A stretch of 64,000 nucleotides of DNA from contig DPGD01000024.1 in assembly GCA_003522145.1 (NCBI GenBank), positions 14,646 to 78,645 of the forward strand, written 5' to 3'. The stretch comes from Clostridiales bacterium (lineage in GTDB: Bacteria > Bacillota > Clostridia > Oscillospirales > CAG-272). A program made the translations under genes and the position numbers. The notes below the pieces were generated by a model, which had not been told where the DNA came from, ran no database searches, and saw only the letters and a list, made by a program, of their open reading frames with translations. Below are positions 40,405 to 48,910 of this stretch, piece after piece. Each line of letters starts with the position of its first letter. The first letter of the stretch is position 1.

Positions 40405-40779
40405 TTCTGCTCCGCTATGCCTTTTGCAAGATTTTTGCAAAGTCTCCCTTTCTTCCGGTATTGCGCCCCAAGGCACTTTTTTGAAGGTTCTCTTACAACA
40501 AGGAAGAGCAGTTTTTTCAAACTGCCCTCCATACTGAACTATCTTACCTTCTTACTATAACACATCTTCCGCTCTTTTGCAAGTACTTTTTTGAAAAAAC
40601 TGAAATTTTTTGCAGTTCGGACCCTGTTTTCAAGCCCCAAAAGGACAAAACGGTTGAAGCCGACCGGGAAAACCGCTCTCTGCGCCTGTATCCTCCGGGC
40701 TCCCTTCTCCTTTTTTTCGGTAGCTTAGGCCTCAAAGCCGGACATCCCGGATTTTTTTGGAAAAATTCAAAGTTTTCTG

Positions 40780-40808
40780 TTGTACTTTTCAAAACGGTAT
40801 GGTATAAT
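40780..40808 (+). promoter_or_regulatory. Sigma-A-type promoter TTGTAC-17-TATAAT (extended TG) upstream of lepB
   Basis: TTGTAC 40780-40785, spacer ending TGG, TATAAT 40803-40808. Confidence 0.5.
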
Positions 40809-40878
40809 GAAGGGTATAGAAGACGCACCCTGAAGAAGTACAAGGGTATCTTTGCAGATTTATAGGAGTGATCGAATC

Positions 40879-41937
40879 ATGTATCTTGAACAGCCGGATA
40901 AAGATCAGAATGAACTCGAAAAAAAAGGCCTTTCCAAAGAGGATGCTGACATTGTAAAGGACGGTTGTCCCAGCGACAACGAATATACACGATCCACGAA
41001 GGAAGCTCCGGATTCCACGCCGGCTTCTCCTGCCGACAAAGAGTTTTCCTCAGAGGAGGCGGAATCCGGAAATGAAGAATGCCTGAAGAAAGAAGCGGGC
41101 AAGGATCAGACTCCATCGGAGAATTCCGAGGATGCCTCCGATCTTCACAACGAAAGCGAAGTGCAATTGCCTATCACAGAAGAAAACAGCGGCTCGGACA
41201 CGGACAACGAAACCCTTCCCGAAATTTCGGAAAAGACCGGAGAAGAAAGCGAAACCGAAAAAGCATCCGAAACACCCGAAAAAGGCTCGGTTCAAACTTC
41301 CGGCCGGAAGAAATCCCGGAAGGAAGGCTTTTCTGCAACGGTTTTTGATTTTGTGGAGTTGGTTACCGTCTCGCTGACGATTGTCATGCTTTTGCTTACC
41401 TTTGTCCTGCGTCACTCGCCGGTTATCGGTCCTTCCATGAATCCCACCATTGAAGGAAGCTCGAAAACCGGAGGAGAAACCAAGGATGTGCTTCTCATTT
41501 CCAAAATGTTCTATACGCCGAAGAGAGGCGACATTGTGGTTTTGCAGACCACCAATGTTGAAGGAACGGTGCAAAGCTCCCTGAACCATCCGATCGTGAA
41601 GAGAATCATTGCCGTGGGTGGAGACACGCTGGTGATCGATCGGGAAAACTGGAAGGTTACGGTCACCGATTCCACCGGAAATGTGGTCTATGAAGAAAAA
41701 GGCAGAGAAAGCACCTCCTATGTAAATTATACAGATGCGGATATGCGTGCGGGCTATTTCATCGGAATGGGCAACATCTGCACCCTGGAAATTCCCGAAG
41801 GCTTTGTCTTTGTGATGGGAGACAACCGGAACAACTCCAGAGACAGCCGGGACATTGGCTTTATCGACGAACGGCTGATCGTAGGCCGATCCGTTTTGCG
41901 CATTTTCCCCTTTGACCGCTTCGGCACCGTAAGCTGA
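40879..41937 (+). CDS. lepB: Signal peptidase I with ~165-aa acidic N-terminal extension
   Basis: ATG 40879 after AGGAG. S26 motifs GPSMNPT, VKRIIAVGGD, GDNRNNSRDSR. They are preceded by an E/S/D/T-rich low-complexity region and one TM helix. Confidence 0.88.
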   Translation: MYLEQPDKDQNELEKKGLSKEDADIVKDGCPSDNEYTRSTKEAPDSTPASPADKEFSSEEAESGNEECLKKEAGKDQTPSENSEDASDLHNESEVQLPITEENSGSDTDNETLPEISEKTGEESETEKASETPEKGSVQTSGRKKSRKEGFSATVFDFVELVTVSLTIVMLLLTFVLRHSPVIGPSMNPTIEGSSKTGGETKDVLLISKMFYTPKRGDIVVLQTTNVEGTVQSSLNHPIVKRIIAVGGDTLVIDRENWKVTVTDSTGNVVYEEKGRESTSYVNYTDADMRAGYFIGMGNICTLEIPEGFVFVMGDNRNNSRDSRDIGFIDERLIVGRSVLRIFPFDRFGTVS

Positions 41938-41965
41938 AAGACCAACAACAGAGAGAGGACACACT

Positions 41966-42850
41966 ATGCCTTCCACTGAAATACAATGGTTTCCGGGGCA
42001 CATGGCCAAAACGCGGAGGATGATCCGGGAGTGCCTGCAGTTGGTGGATCTGGTTATCGAAATCTTGGATGCCAGAATCCCCTATTCCAGCAAAAATCCC
42101 GAAATTTCCTCCCTGTGTGAGAACAAACCCATTCTGACGGTTTTCAACAAATCTTCCCTGTCCGATCCGGCCGTAAACGACCGCTGGGTGTCCCATTATC
42201 GGAAAAACGGCGGAAATCCCCTTTTCATTGACTGTAAGACCGGCGTGGGGCTCAACCGCATAGAGCCGGAAATCCGCACCGTCCTGCAAGAAAAGATCCG
42301 GAGATACGAAAACAAAGGCATGTCCGGCAAGCGTCTAAAAGCCATGGTGGTGGGCATTCCCAATGTGGGAAAATCCACCTTCATCAACTGTTTGGCCGGT
42401 CGGGTAAAGGCAAAGGCGGAGGACCGTCCCGGCGTGACCGTCACCAAGCAGTGGGTCACCACCTCCGCCGGTATGGACCTTCTGGATATGCCAGGCGTGC
42501 TCTGGCCCAAATTTGAGGATCGTCTGGTGGGCGAGAACCTGGCGGCCACGGGAGCGATCAAGGATCAGATTTTAGATACCGAAGCTATTGCCGTGGCGCT
42601 TTGCGGTCGGCTTTTCGCCGTTGCGCCGGACAAGCTCTGCGCTCGCTATAAGCTGGAAAGAGAAGCTCTTGAAGGCCTTGAAAGCTGGCAGATTTTTGAA
42701 TTGATCGGAAAAAGGAGAGGCTTTCTGATGTCCGGAGGGATCGTGAACACCGAACGGACTGCCTTGATGCTTTTGGACGAATTCCGTTCGGCAAAAATCG
42801 GGCAGATCTCCTTGGAAACACCTGAAATTCTTGAAACAAATTCTATTTGA
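41966..42850 (+). CDS. rbgA: Ribosome biogenesis GTPase A (YlqF/RbgA)
   Basis: 294 aa. IQWFPGHMAKTRR...ILDARIP...NKSSL...GIPNVGKST...DMPGVLWPKF (circularly permuted GTPase). Confidence 0.93.
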   Translation: MPSTEIQWFPGHMAKTRRMIRECLQLVDLVIEILDARIPYSSKNPEISSLCENKPILTVFNKSSLSDPAVNDRWVSHYRKNGGNPLFIDCKTGVGLNRIEPEIRTVLQEKIRRYENKGMSGKRLKAMVVGIPNVGKSTFINCLAGRVKAKAEDRPGVTVTKQWVTTSAGMDLLDMPGVLWPKFEDRLVGENLAATGAIKDQILDTEAIAVALCGRLFAVAPDKLCARYKLEREALEGLESWQIFELIGKRRGFLMSGGIVNTERTALMLLDEFRSAKIGQISLETPEILETNSI

Positions 42851-43494
42851 AGACTGGTAAAAATATGCAGACGCCGGATTTTTTTTATGAGCAGGAAGCC
42901 ATAACCCAGGGCTTTGCGCTTGTCGCCGGAACCGATGAAGCAGGAAGAGGTCCCCTTTGCGGAGAAGTGGTGGCGGCAGCCGTCATTCTGCCCTCCGGAC
43001 TGACGATCAAAGGACTCAACGATTCCAAAAAGCTCTCGGAAAAAAAGAGGGAGTATCTTTTTGAGGTCATCCGGGAAAAGGCGGTTTCCTTCGGTATCGC
43101 CTCTGCCTCCGTGGAGGAAATAGACCGGTTGAACATTCTCAACGCCGCCCAGCTTGCCATGCGGCGGGCGGTGGCACAGTTAAACCCTTTTCCGGATATG
43201 GTTCTGGTGGACGGAAATATTGCAAGGGACTTTCCCTGTCCCACCAAAACCCTGATCGGGGGAGACGGATGCTCCTGTTCCATTGCCGCCGCCTCGATTC
43301 TGGCAAAGGTCACAAGAGACCGGATGTGTCTTTTGTGGGATCGGGAATACCCCCAATACGGAATCTCCGCTCACAAGGGGTACGCCACCAAGGCCCATAC
43401 AGAGGCTTTGCGCACCTACGGTCCCTGTCCCATCCACAGAAAGAGCTTTTTAACAAAAATCCTTGCGGGAACCCCTTTTGAAACCGAAAAATAG
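42847..43494 (+). CDS. rnhB: Ribonuclease HII
   Basis: VAGTDEAGRGPLCGEVVAAAVIL...LNDSKKLSEKKRE...DGN...ASILAKVTRDR...GYATKAH. The start is either TTG 42847 or ATG 42865. Confidence 0.93.
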   Translation: MKTGKNMQTPDFFYEQEAITQGFALVAGTDEAGRGPLCGEVVAAAVILPSGLTIKGLNDSKKLSEKKREYLFEVIREKAVSFGIASASVEEIDRLNILNAAQLAMRRAVAQLNPFPDMVLVDGNIARDFPCPTKTLIGGDGCSCSIAAASILAKVTRDRMCLLWDREYPQYGISAHKGYATKAHTEALRTYGPCPIHRKSFLTKILAGTPFETEK

Positions 43495-43546
43495 GAACTG
43501 CGCCTTCTTCCGAACAGAAGGGCGCAATCCCTTTGGTATCGTTTTT

Positions 43547-43744
43547 TCAGATGCTTCTCTGACGGAAGGTGGCACAGACGGTGTCGGTGCAGGATGTGGC
43601 GTAGGTCGGACCTACGGCAATCTTCTCGGCGGTGCAGTGGCTGTGCTGGTCGTTGTACACACAGTTTTTCACATCGCAAACCACGCCTCTCAATTTTTTC
43701 TTTCCCTCGGTACTGGTCTCTTCAGGCGGTAAAAACTGATTCAT
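43547..43744 (-). CDS. DUF1540-domain protein
   Basis: 65 aa from ATG 43744. VVCDVKNCVYNDQHSHCTAEKIAVGP...CTDTVCATF. Confidence 0.75.
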   Translation of the reverse strand: MNQFLPPEETSTEGKKKLRGVVCDVKNCVYNDQHSHCTAEKIAVGPTYATSCTDTVCATFRQRSI

Positions 43745-43821
43745 GTTCGCTCCTCCTTTCGCTGTTGTTGCCCCTTTATTTTGCCCCCAACGCCCGATTG
43801 TATACATGGGAGAGAAATTTT

Positions 43822-44520
43822 ATGGCTTTATATGTTCTGTCAGATACACATCTTTCCGGTGCTACCGAAAAGCCTATGGACATTTTCGGGGAACGCTGGA
43901 AAAATCATACCGAACGGATCGGCTATTTTTTTGAAAAAACACTCCGAACAGGCGATACCGTGGTCATTCCGGGCGATATTTCCTGGGGCATGACCTTGGA
44001 GGAGGCCCTTCCCGATCTGCAGTTTCTGAATTCTCTTCCGGGAAAAAAGATTCTTATGAAGGGAAATCACGACTATTGGTGGTCCACCGTCTCTAAAATT
44101 GAAAAATTCTTTGCAGAGCATCAGCTTTCAACGCTCTCTTTGCTTTTCAACAACGCCTATAAGGTGGAAAGCTTTGCTCTGTGCGGCACGAGAGGCTGGT
44201 ACAGCGACAGCACCAATCCTCCCTGCACCGACCGGGCAAAAATCGTTTTAAGGGAAGCCGGGCGCCTGGAGCGCTCCCTGCAGGCAGGGAGACAGTTGGA
44301 AGCGGAGGAGCTTCTGGCCTTTCTGCACTTCCCTCCTGTGTGGGGGAGTTTTGTCTGTAGGGAACTTTTGGAGGTGTTGCTCCGCTACGGAGTGAAACGG
44401 TGCTATTTCGGGCATATGCACGGACAATACAATCTTGCCCCCACTTTTGAATACGAAGGGATCTCCTTCACCCTCGCCTCCTCCGACTATCTGCAGTTCC
44501 GTCCTCTTTCCATTGTGTGA
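43822..44520 (+). CDS. Metallophosphoesterase family protein
   Basis: ATG 43822. MALYVLSDTHLS...VIPGDISW...MKGNHDYWW...LHFPP...GHMHG. Confidence 0.8.
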   Translation: MALYVLSDTHLSGATEKPMDIFGERWKNHTERIGYFFEKTLRTGDTVVIPGDISWGMTLEEALPDLQFLNSLPGKKILMKGNHDYWWSTVSKIEKFFAEHQLSTLSLLFNNAYKVESFALCGTRGWYSDSTNPPCTDRAKIVLREAGRLERSLQAGRQLEAEELLAFLHFPPVWGSFVCRELLEVLLRYGVKRCYFGHMHGQYNLAPTFEYEGISFTLASSDYLQFRPLSIV

Positions 44521-44555
44521 AGAACAGTATCCCATACTAAAGGAGTAATAGTATT

Positions 44556-45419
44556 ATGAAAATCGTTGAAAATCAAAGAATGGACGAGGAACGGGCCCTC
44601 TACAATTTGCAGAACGCCAGAGTGTCCAACTGCCGGTTTGAGGGTCCCCTGGACGGAGAATCGGCATTGAAGGAAGGACGGAATCTGGAAATCGACCGCT
44701 GTGTGTTTGCCCTTCGCTATCCCCTGTGGCATGTTCAGAACTGCACGGTTTCCGACTGTATTCTGGAAGAAGGCTGTCGGGCACCTGCCTGGTATGTGCA
44801 AAACGGCACTTTCGTGAATACCGTTGTGGAAGGAGTGAAATGTCTGCGGGAGTGTACCCAGGTGCAGTTTGAATCCTGCAAGGTCCATTCTCCGGAGTTC
44901 GGCTGGCGGTGCAAGGATGTACGGCTCACAGACAGCGAGTTTGTAAGCGAATACTTTCTCTTTGAAGGCAAGGATGTGGTCTTGAACCGTGTCCGGATGA
45001 AGGGCAAATACTCCTTTCAATATGTGGAGAATATGGTGATTGAGGATTCCATTCTGGATACCAAGGACGCCTTTTGGCACGCCAAAAATGTTAAGGTAAA
45101 AAACAGCACGGTGAAAGGCGAATACTTAGGCTGGTATTCTGAGGGATTAACCTTGATCAACTGCCGCATCATCGGTACCCAGCCCCTCTGCTATTGCAAA
45201 AATCTGACCCTACAAAACTGCACCATGGAAGAAACCGACCTGTCTTTTGAGTATTCGGAGGTCAACGCCGATGTGCAAGGCTCGATTCTTTCGGTTAAAA
45301 ACCCGAAAAGTGGCCGGATCGTGGCCGATTCCTACGGGGAAATCATTCTGGAGCATCCGGTTTATGAAAACTCCTGCTCGATTCTGACAAGGACACAGGC
45401 ACATGTGCGTCTCACATAG
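44556..45419 (+). CDS. DUF3737-like beta-helix repeat protein
   Basis: 287 aa with periodic repeats (NCRFEG / RCVFAL / NCTVSDC / NGTFVNT / SCKVHS ...). The family name is from memory. Confidence 0.5.
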   Translation: MKIVENQRMDEERALYNLQNARVSNCRFEGPLDGESALKEGRNLEIDRCVFALRYPLWHVQNCTVSDCILEEGCRAPAWYVQNGTFVNTVVEGVKCLRECTQVQFESCKVHSPEFGWRCKDVRLTDSEFVSEYFLFEGKDVVLNRVRMKGKYSFQYVENMVIEDSILDTKDAFWHAKNVKVKNSTVKGEYLGWYSEGLTLINCRIIGTQPLCYCKNLTLQNCTMEETDLSFEYSEVNADVQGSILSVKNPKSGRIVADSYGEIILEHPVYENSCSILTRTQAHVRLT

Positions 45420-45441
45420 GGATTTTTAAGGACATTGAAAA

Positions 45442-45548
45442 AGAGCAGCAAAATTTTTGCTGCTCTCAGTCTGTCGAAAAACGCCCATCAAGCGAGAGCT
45501 GAAATGGGCGTTTTTCGACAGACTGACTCGACTTATAATAAGTCGAGT
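45442..45548. repeat. Three abutting perfect hairpins (the first is terminator-like)
   Basis: 45442-45466: AGAGCAGCAAAA/TTTTGCTGCTCT. 45467-45525: 22-bp perfect stem CAGTCTGTCGAAAAACGCCCAT / ATGGGCGTTTTTCGACAGACTG with a 15-nt loop. 45526-45548: ACTCGACTT-ATAAT-AAGTCGAGT. Confidence 0.75.
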
Positions 45549-45649
45549 TTCATAATTTATTCAATTAAAATCCCTGCGGGAAGGGCGCATAACTCCTTCT
45601 CTTTTTTCATAGTATGTGAAATAGTTCCTTTCGGAAGGAGAACCGCTTC

Positions 45650-46570
45650 ATGATTCTGGTGGATGCCCATTGCGACAGTCTGGAAAAAGCCTCTCAAACC
45701 CAAAGCTCTCTCATTTCCCCCTACAACTTCTCCAAGAACCATCGGCAGCTCCAGTTTGCTGCGATCTTCTGCGGAGTTGAAGGAGAATCGCCCAAAGACA
45801 GCTACCTTCGTGCCCAAAGGCTTCTGGGGCAGTATACCCTCTCTCTTTCGTCTGAAGGGCTTTTGCCCGTGCGCAATTCTTTGGAATTAGACGAATTTCT
45901 ACGCTCCGACCGGAACGGGCTTCTTCTTTCCATGGAAGGTTCCACCGGACTTTTGGGCGATCCTGCAATTCTTGAAAAATTCTATAACGCCGGTTTAAGA
46001 GTTATGGGGCTCTGCTGGACCCACAACGAGCTTGCAAAGAGCAGTCGGCTTCTGGAAGGGGAAAAAGACACTGGCTTGAGCGCCCAGGGACGGAAAATGG
46101 TGGAGGCCGGCAATCGATTGGGGATGCTTTTTGATGTTTCGCACCTGTCAGATCGTAGTTTTTGGGATCTCTCTGCTCTTTCAAAAAAGCCGATTCTTGC
46201 CACACATTCCGATTTCCGGGGGCTCTGCTCCTGCAATCGGAATCTGACCGATGAAATGGCCCAGGAAATTGTACGGCAGGACGGGATGATCGGCCTGAAC
46301 CTCTGCCCGAAATTTCTTTCCGATCGGGAGGAAAGACAGACCCTTTTCGGATTTTTTGACCATTTGGAATACGGGCTTTCCCGTTTTGGCGAAGACCACC
46401 TTGGATTCGGACTGGATATTGACGGAATTGACCGGTATCCGGAGCCTTTGACTCCGGATTCCTCTCTGCACGACCGGATTGCGGAGTTTCTCCTGAAGCA
46501 CTATCCGCAAAGAGTCGTCGAAAAAATCTCCGGCAGCAATTTCATTTCTTTTCTGAAGAAGTACCTCTGA
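45650..46570 (+). CDS. Membrane-dipeptidase family (M19) dipeptidase
   Basis: 306 aa. ILVDAHCDSL...LSMEG...GLCWTHNE...DVSHLSD...ATHSDFR...NLTDEM. Confidence 0.8.
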   Translation: MILVDAHCDSLEKASQTQSSLISPYNFSKNHRQLQFAAIFCGVEGESPKDSYLRAQRLLGQYTLSLSSEGLLPVRNSLELDEFLRSDRNGLLLSMEGSTGLLGDPAILEKFYNAGLRVMGLCWTHNELAKSSRLLEGEKDTGLSAQGRKMVEAGNRLGMLFDVSHLSDRSFWDLSALSKKPILATHSDFRGLCSCNRNLTDEMAQEIVRQDGMIGLNLCPKFLSDREERQTLFGFFDHLEYGLSRFGEDHLGFGLDIDGIDRYPEPLTPDSSLHDRIAEFLLKHYPQRVVEKISGSNFISFLKKYL

Positions 46571-46583
46571 ACAGAAAAAAAGA

Positions 46584-46666
46584 GACTGTTAAAAAATCTT
46601 TCAGAATTTTTTACAATTTTTTACAGTCCCGACAACATGGGCGGCTTTCAGCCGTCATTTGGCCGC
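46584..46666 (+). repeat. Intergenic hairpin + conserved GGCGGCTTTCAGCCGTCATTTGGCCGC motif (copy B)
   Basis: Hairpin GACTGTTAAAAAAT...ATTTTTTACAGTC (46584-46628), then CCGACAACATGG-GCGGCTTTCAGCCGTCATTTGGCCGC (to 46666). Homologous to 19480-19562. Confidence 0.6.
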
Positions 46667-46752
46667 GGCATCCACTGAAATTTCTAAAAAATGAAGGGCA
46701 AAACCGACCAAGATCCCCTCAAAAATGCCGGAACCCACACCGACATTTTGAA

Positions 46753-46795
46753 GGGCTGTAAAAAACATCGAGTTTTTTACAGCCCCTTTTTGTTT
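46753..46795 (+). terminator. Plus-strand rho-independent terminator with no annotated plus-strand gene immediately upstream
   Basis: GGGCTGTAAAAAA-CATCGAG-TTTTTTACAGCCC followed by CTTTTTGTTT. Confidence 0.55.
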
Positions 46796-47015
46796 ATTGG
46801 TCGCTGCGGGAAGTTTTGAATACTTCCGAGCGATCTCTGACCAAGAGAGAAATGCACCAAAGAGCCGAAATGCCCACGATGGTGAAAATAATACGACTCA
46901 ACACCGAGTCACTGCCGCCGCAAATCCAGGAAACAATATCAAACTGGAACAATCCGATGCTGCCCCAATTGATTCCACCGATAATTGCAAGCGTCAGAGC
47001 AATCTTATCAAGCAT
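46794..47015 (-). CDS. DUF378-domain membrane protein
   Basis: 73 aa. LTLAIIGGINWGSIGLFQFDIVSWICGG...IFTIVGISALW. Confidence 0.8.
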   Translation of the reverse strand: MLDKIALTLAIIGGINWGSIGLFQFDIVSWICGGSDSVLSRIIFTIVGISALWCISLLVRDRSEVFKTSRSDQ

Positions 47016-47157
47016 ACGCTTTCTTTCCTTCTTTCGGGAATATTACTCCATAAGAGCCTAAACAGTATGCACTTTCCGGCCGTCTGCTATACATCGCACA
47101 GACAAGCGGATTCTCTTCCGGAAAAAAAGAAATTTTTTCTTTATTCTGAGCTTTGAC

Positions 47158-48849
47158 TCACCTGTGTTCCAACACAAAGAGGATGCTCTCTTTTACCTGA
47201 CGGAATACGGCCTTCAGTCTGCACTCTTCCCCTGCGGCCGGTAAATTTTTCAAATCGTTCTTTAAGGCCGAAATAGTCATACTCAGCATTTCATCTCTGA
47301 AGGCTTGCGCCGCATTGTCGCCCATTTTCGGCATAATACTGCGCATCAGCGCTTCCGCACTTTCCTCGCACACATACGGATGGGCACAAAAGCCCAGAAC
47401 AAACTCGGCCAGCGCCTCAACATCCAGCTTCTCAAAAGTCAGATCCTTCAATTCCTCTTCGGAAGAAAGAATTCCTGAAAGCCCGTTGCTGAGTAAAGAA
47501 ACCGCACGGGTTTCTCTTGCTACATCCTGAACACCTTGATCTGCCCTCTGGCGCATCTGTTCTTTTATGGAATGCATCTGCTCTGTGAAATGCTCCTCCT
47601 TTACCGTAAAGGACTCCTCCAGCCGGTCAAAAGCATAAAACACCGTGCTGTCAAATATCTCGGAGGTCATTTTGCCGGACCGGATATTGCTCACTAAGAT
47701 TGCCGTATACCGCTCCTCGCCCAGTTTCTTGAAAAACTGCTCTTTATCCTCGGTATACCGGAAGAGTTCCTGTTCGATGGAGGCGTCCAGTATTTTCGCA
47801 ATACCTACAATGCTTTCTTGCACATCCTCCGCACCGCACTGTGCCAAGGGAGTAAGAATGCCTTTCAAATCCTTCTCACCCTCGCCGTCCTCCTCAATCG
47901 TCGATTCACCGTACCGGCAGAAATCCGCAACCAGTCCGCAGATATACTTTTCATTTGCCACAGACTCTCCGATCTGCCGGACAAATTGACTGTCCGCCTC
48001 TTTGTATGTATCCGCTTCAAGCGTGGCAATCTTCATTCCGTCGGCAATCACAACGGCGCTGTGATCAATCACCTCAAAGGCATTGTATCGGGTCCCTTCC
48101 ATGTTGAATGCCCCAAAGTAGCCTGTGCAAAAATTAAAAGGCACTTTTGAAGCCAACCAGACCGGAGGACAGTTCAGAACCGAATCCGTAACTTTTGAAA
48201 CATCTTTCTCCAAAGACACGCCCTCGCTTTTGGAAATCTCCTCCAAAAACCCGTTTTGAACCAATTCCTCCGAAAAATCCTTTGCTACCGTTGCCACGCT
48301 GTTTACCGTGGAATACAGCGGCAACAGGAAAAAGAAAGAGAGCAAAAGAGCGTCTACTGCGCCAATTACCATGCCAATCACTCTCAGATGCTTCTTTACA
48401 CCGCTTACGGCAAAGGCAAGCCGAAAAGCACCGCCCAGAATCAACTTTCCCAAAAGAAGGAAAACAAAATACAGCAGCAAAAACAATCCCGAGGCGACCA
48501 GTGCGGTAATCAGACCCTCTGAAAGCGCACCGGTATAGGGCATCTGTTCAAGGGTCCGCCCCACATCTCCGCTTTCGCGGGAGACGATTTTCAAAACAGA
48601 TGAATAGATTTTCCCTGCAATGGGTCTTGCGATCAGTTTTGCAAGGAAAACCGCCGGAAACAGCGCCACCACCGTAATCGTAAGGGAGATCAACGAAAGG
48701 GCGGCACCCTTTCGGAATCCCCGGAACATTCTTATGGGCAAAAGGATCACCAGGAGCAGCAAAAAGGGCAGTAACAACACCAATAACAACAGCGGAAAGG
48801 CACCGATTTCCTTGAAAATATCGCTGAAAAACCTCAAAAAGCCGTCCAC
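47158..48849 (-). CDS. Large membrane protein with CvpA-like N-terminal TM region, unknown function
   Basis: 563 aa, GTG start 48849 after GGAGGAG. It has four to five N-terminal TM helices and a long soluble C-terminal region with no recognisable motif. Confidence 0.6.
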   Translation of the reverse strand: MDGFLRFFSDIFKEIGAFPLLLLVLLLPFLLLLVILLPIRMFRGFRKGAALSLISLTITVVALFPAVFLAKLIARPIAGKIYSSVLKIVSRESGDVGRTLEQMPYTGALSEGLITALVASGLFLLLYFVFLLLGKLILGGAFRLAFAVSGVKKHLRVIGMVIGAVDALLLSFFFLLPLYSTVNSVATVAKDFSEELVQNGFLEEISKSEGVSLEKDVSKVTDSVLNCPPVWLASKVPFNFCTGYFGAFNMEGTRYNAFEVIDHSAVVIADGMKIATLEADTYKEADSQFVRQIGESVANEKYICGLVADFCRYGESTIEEDGEGEKDLKGILTPLAQCGAEDVQESIVGIAKILDASIEQELFRYTEDKEQFFKKLGEERYTAILVSNIRSGKMTSEIFDSTVFYAFDRLEESFTVKEEHFTEQMHSIKEQMRQRADQGVQDVARETRAVSLLSNGLSGILSSEEELKDLTFEKLDVEALAEFVLGFCAHPYVCEESAEALMRSIMPKMGDNAAQAFRDEMLSMTISALKNDLKNLPAAGEECRLKAVFRQVKESILFVLEHR

Positions 48850-48910
48850 CCTTTTTCTCCTCCATCCTTACATCAAATACATTTTGTATTCTTTTCCGAC
48901 TCAATCGCTC

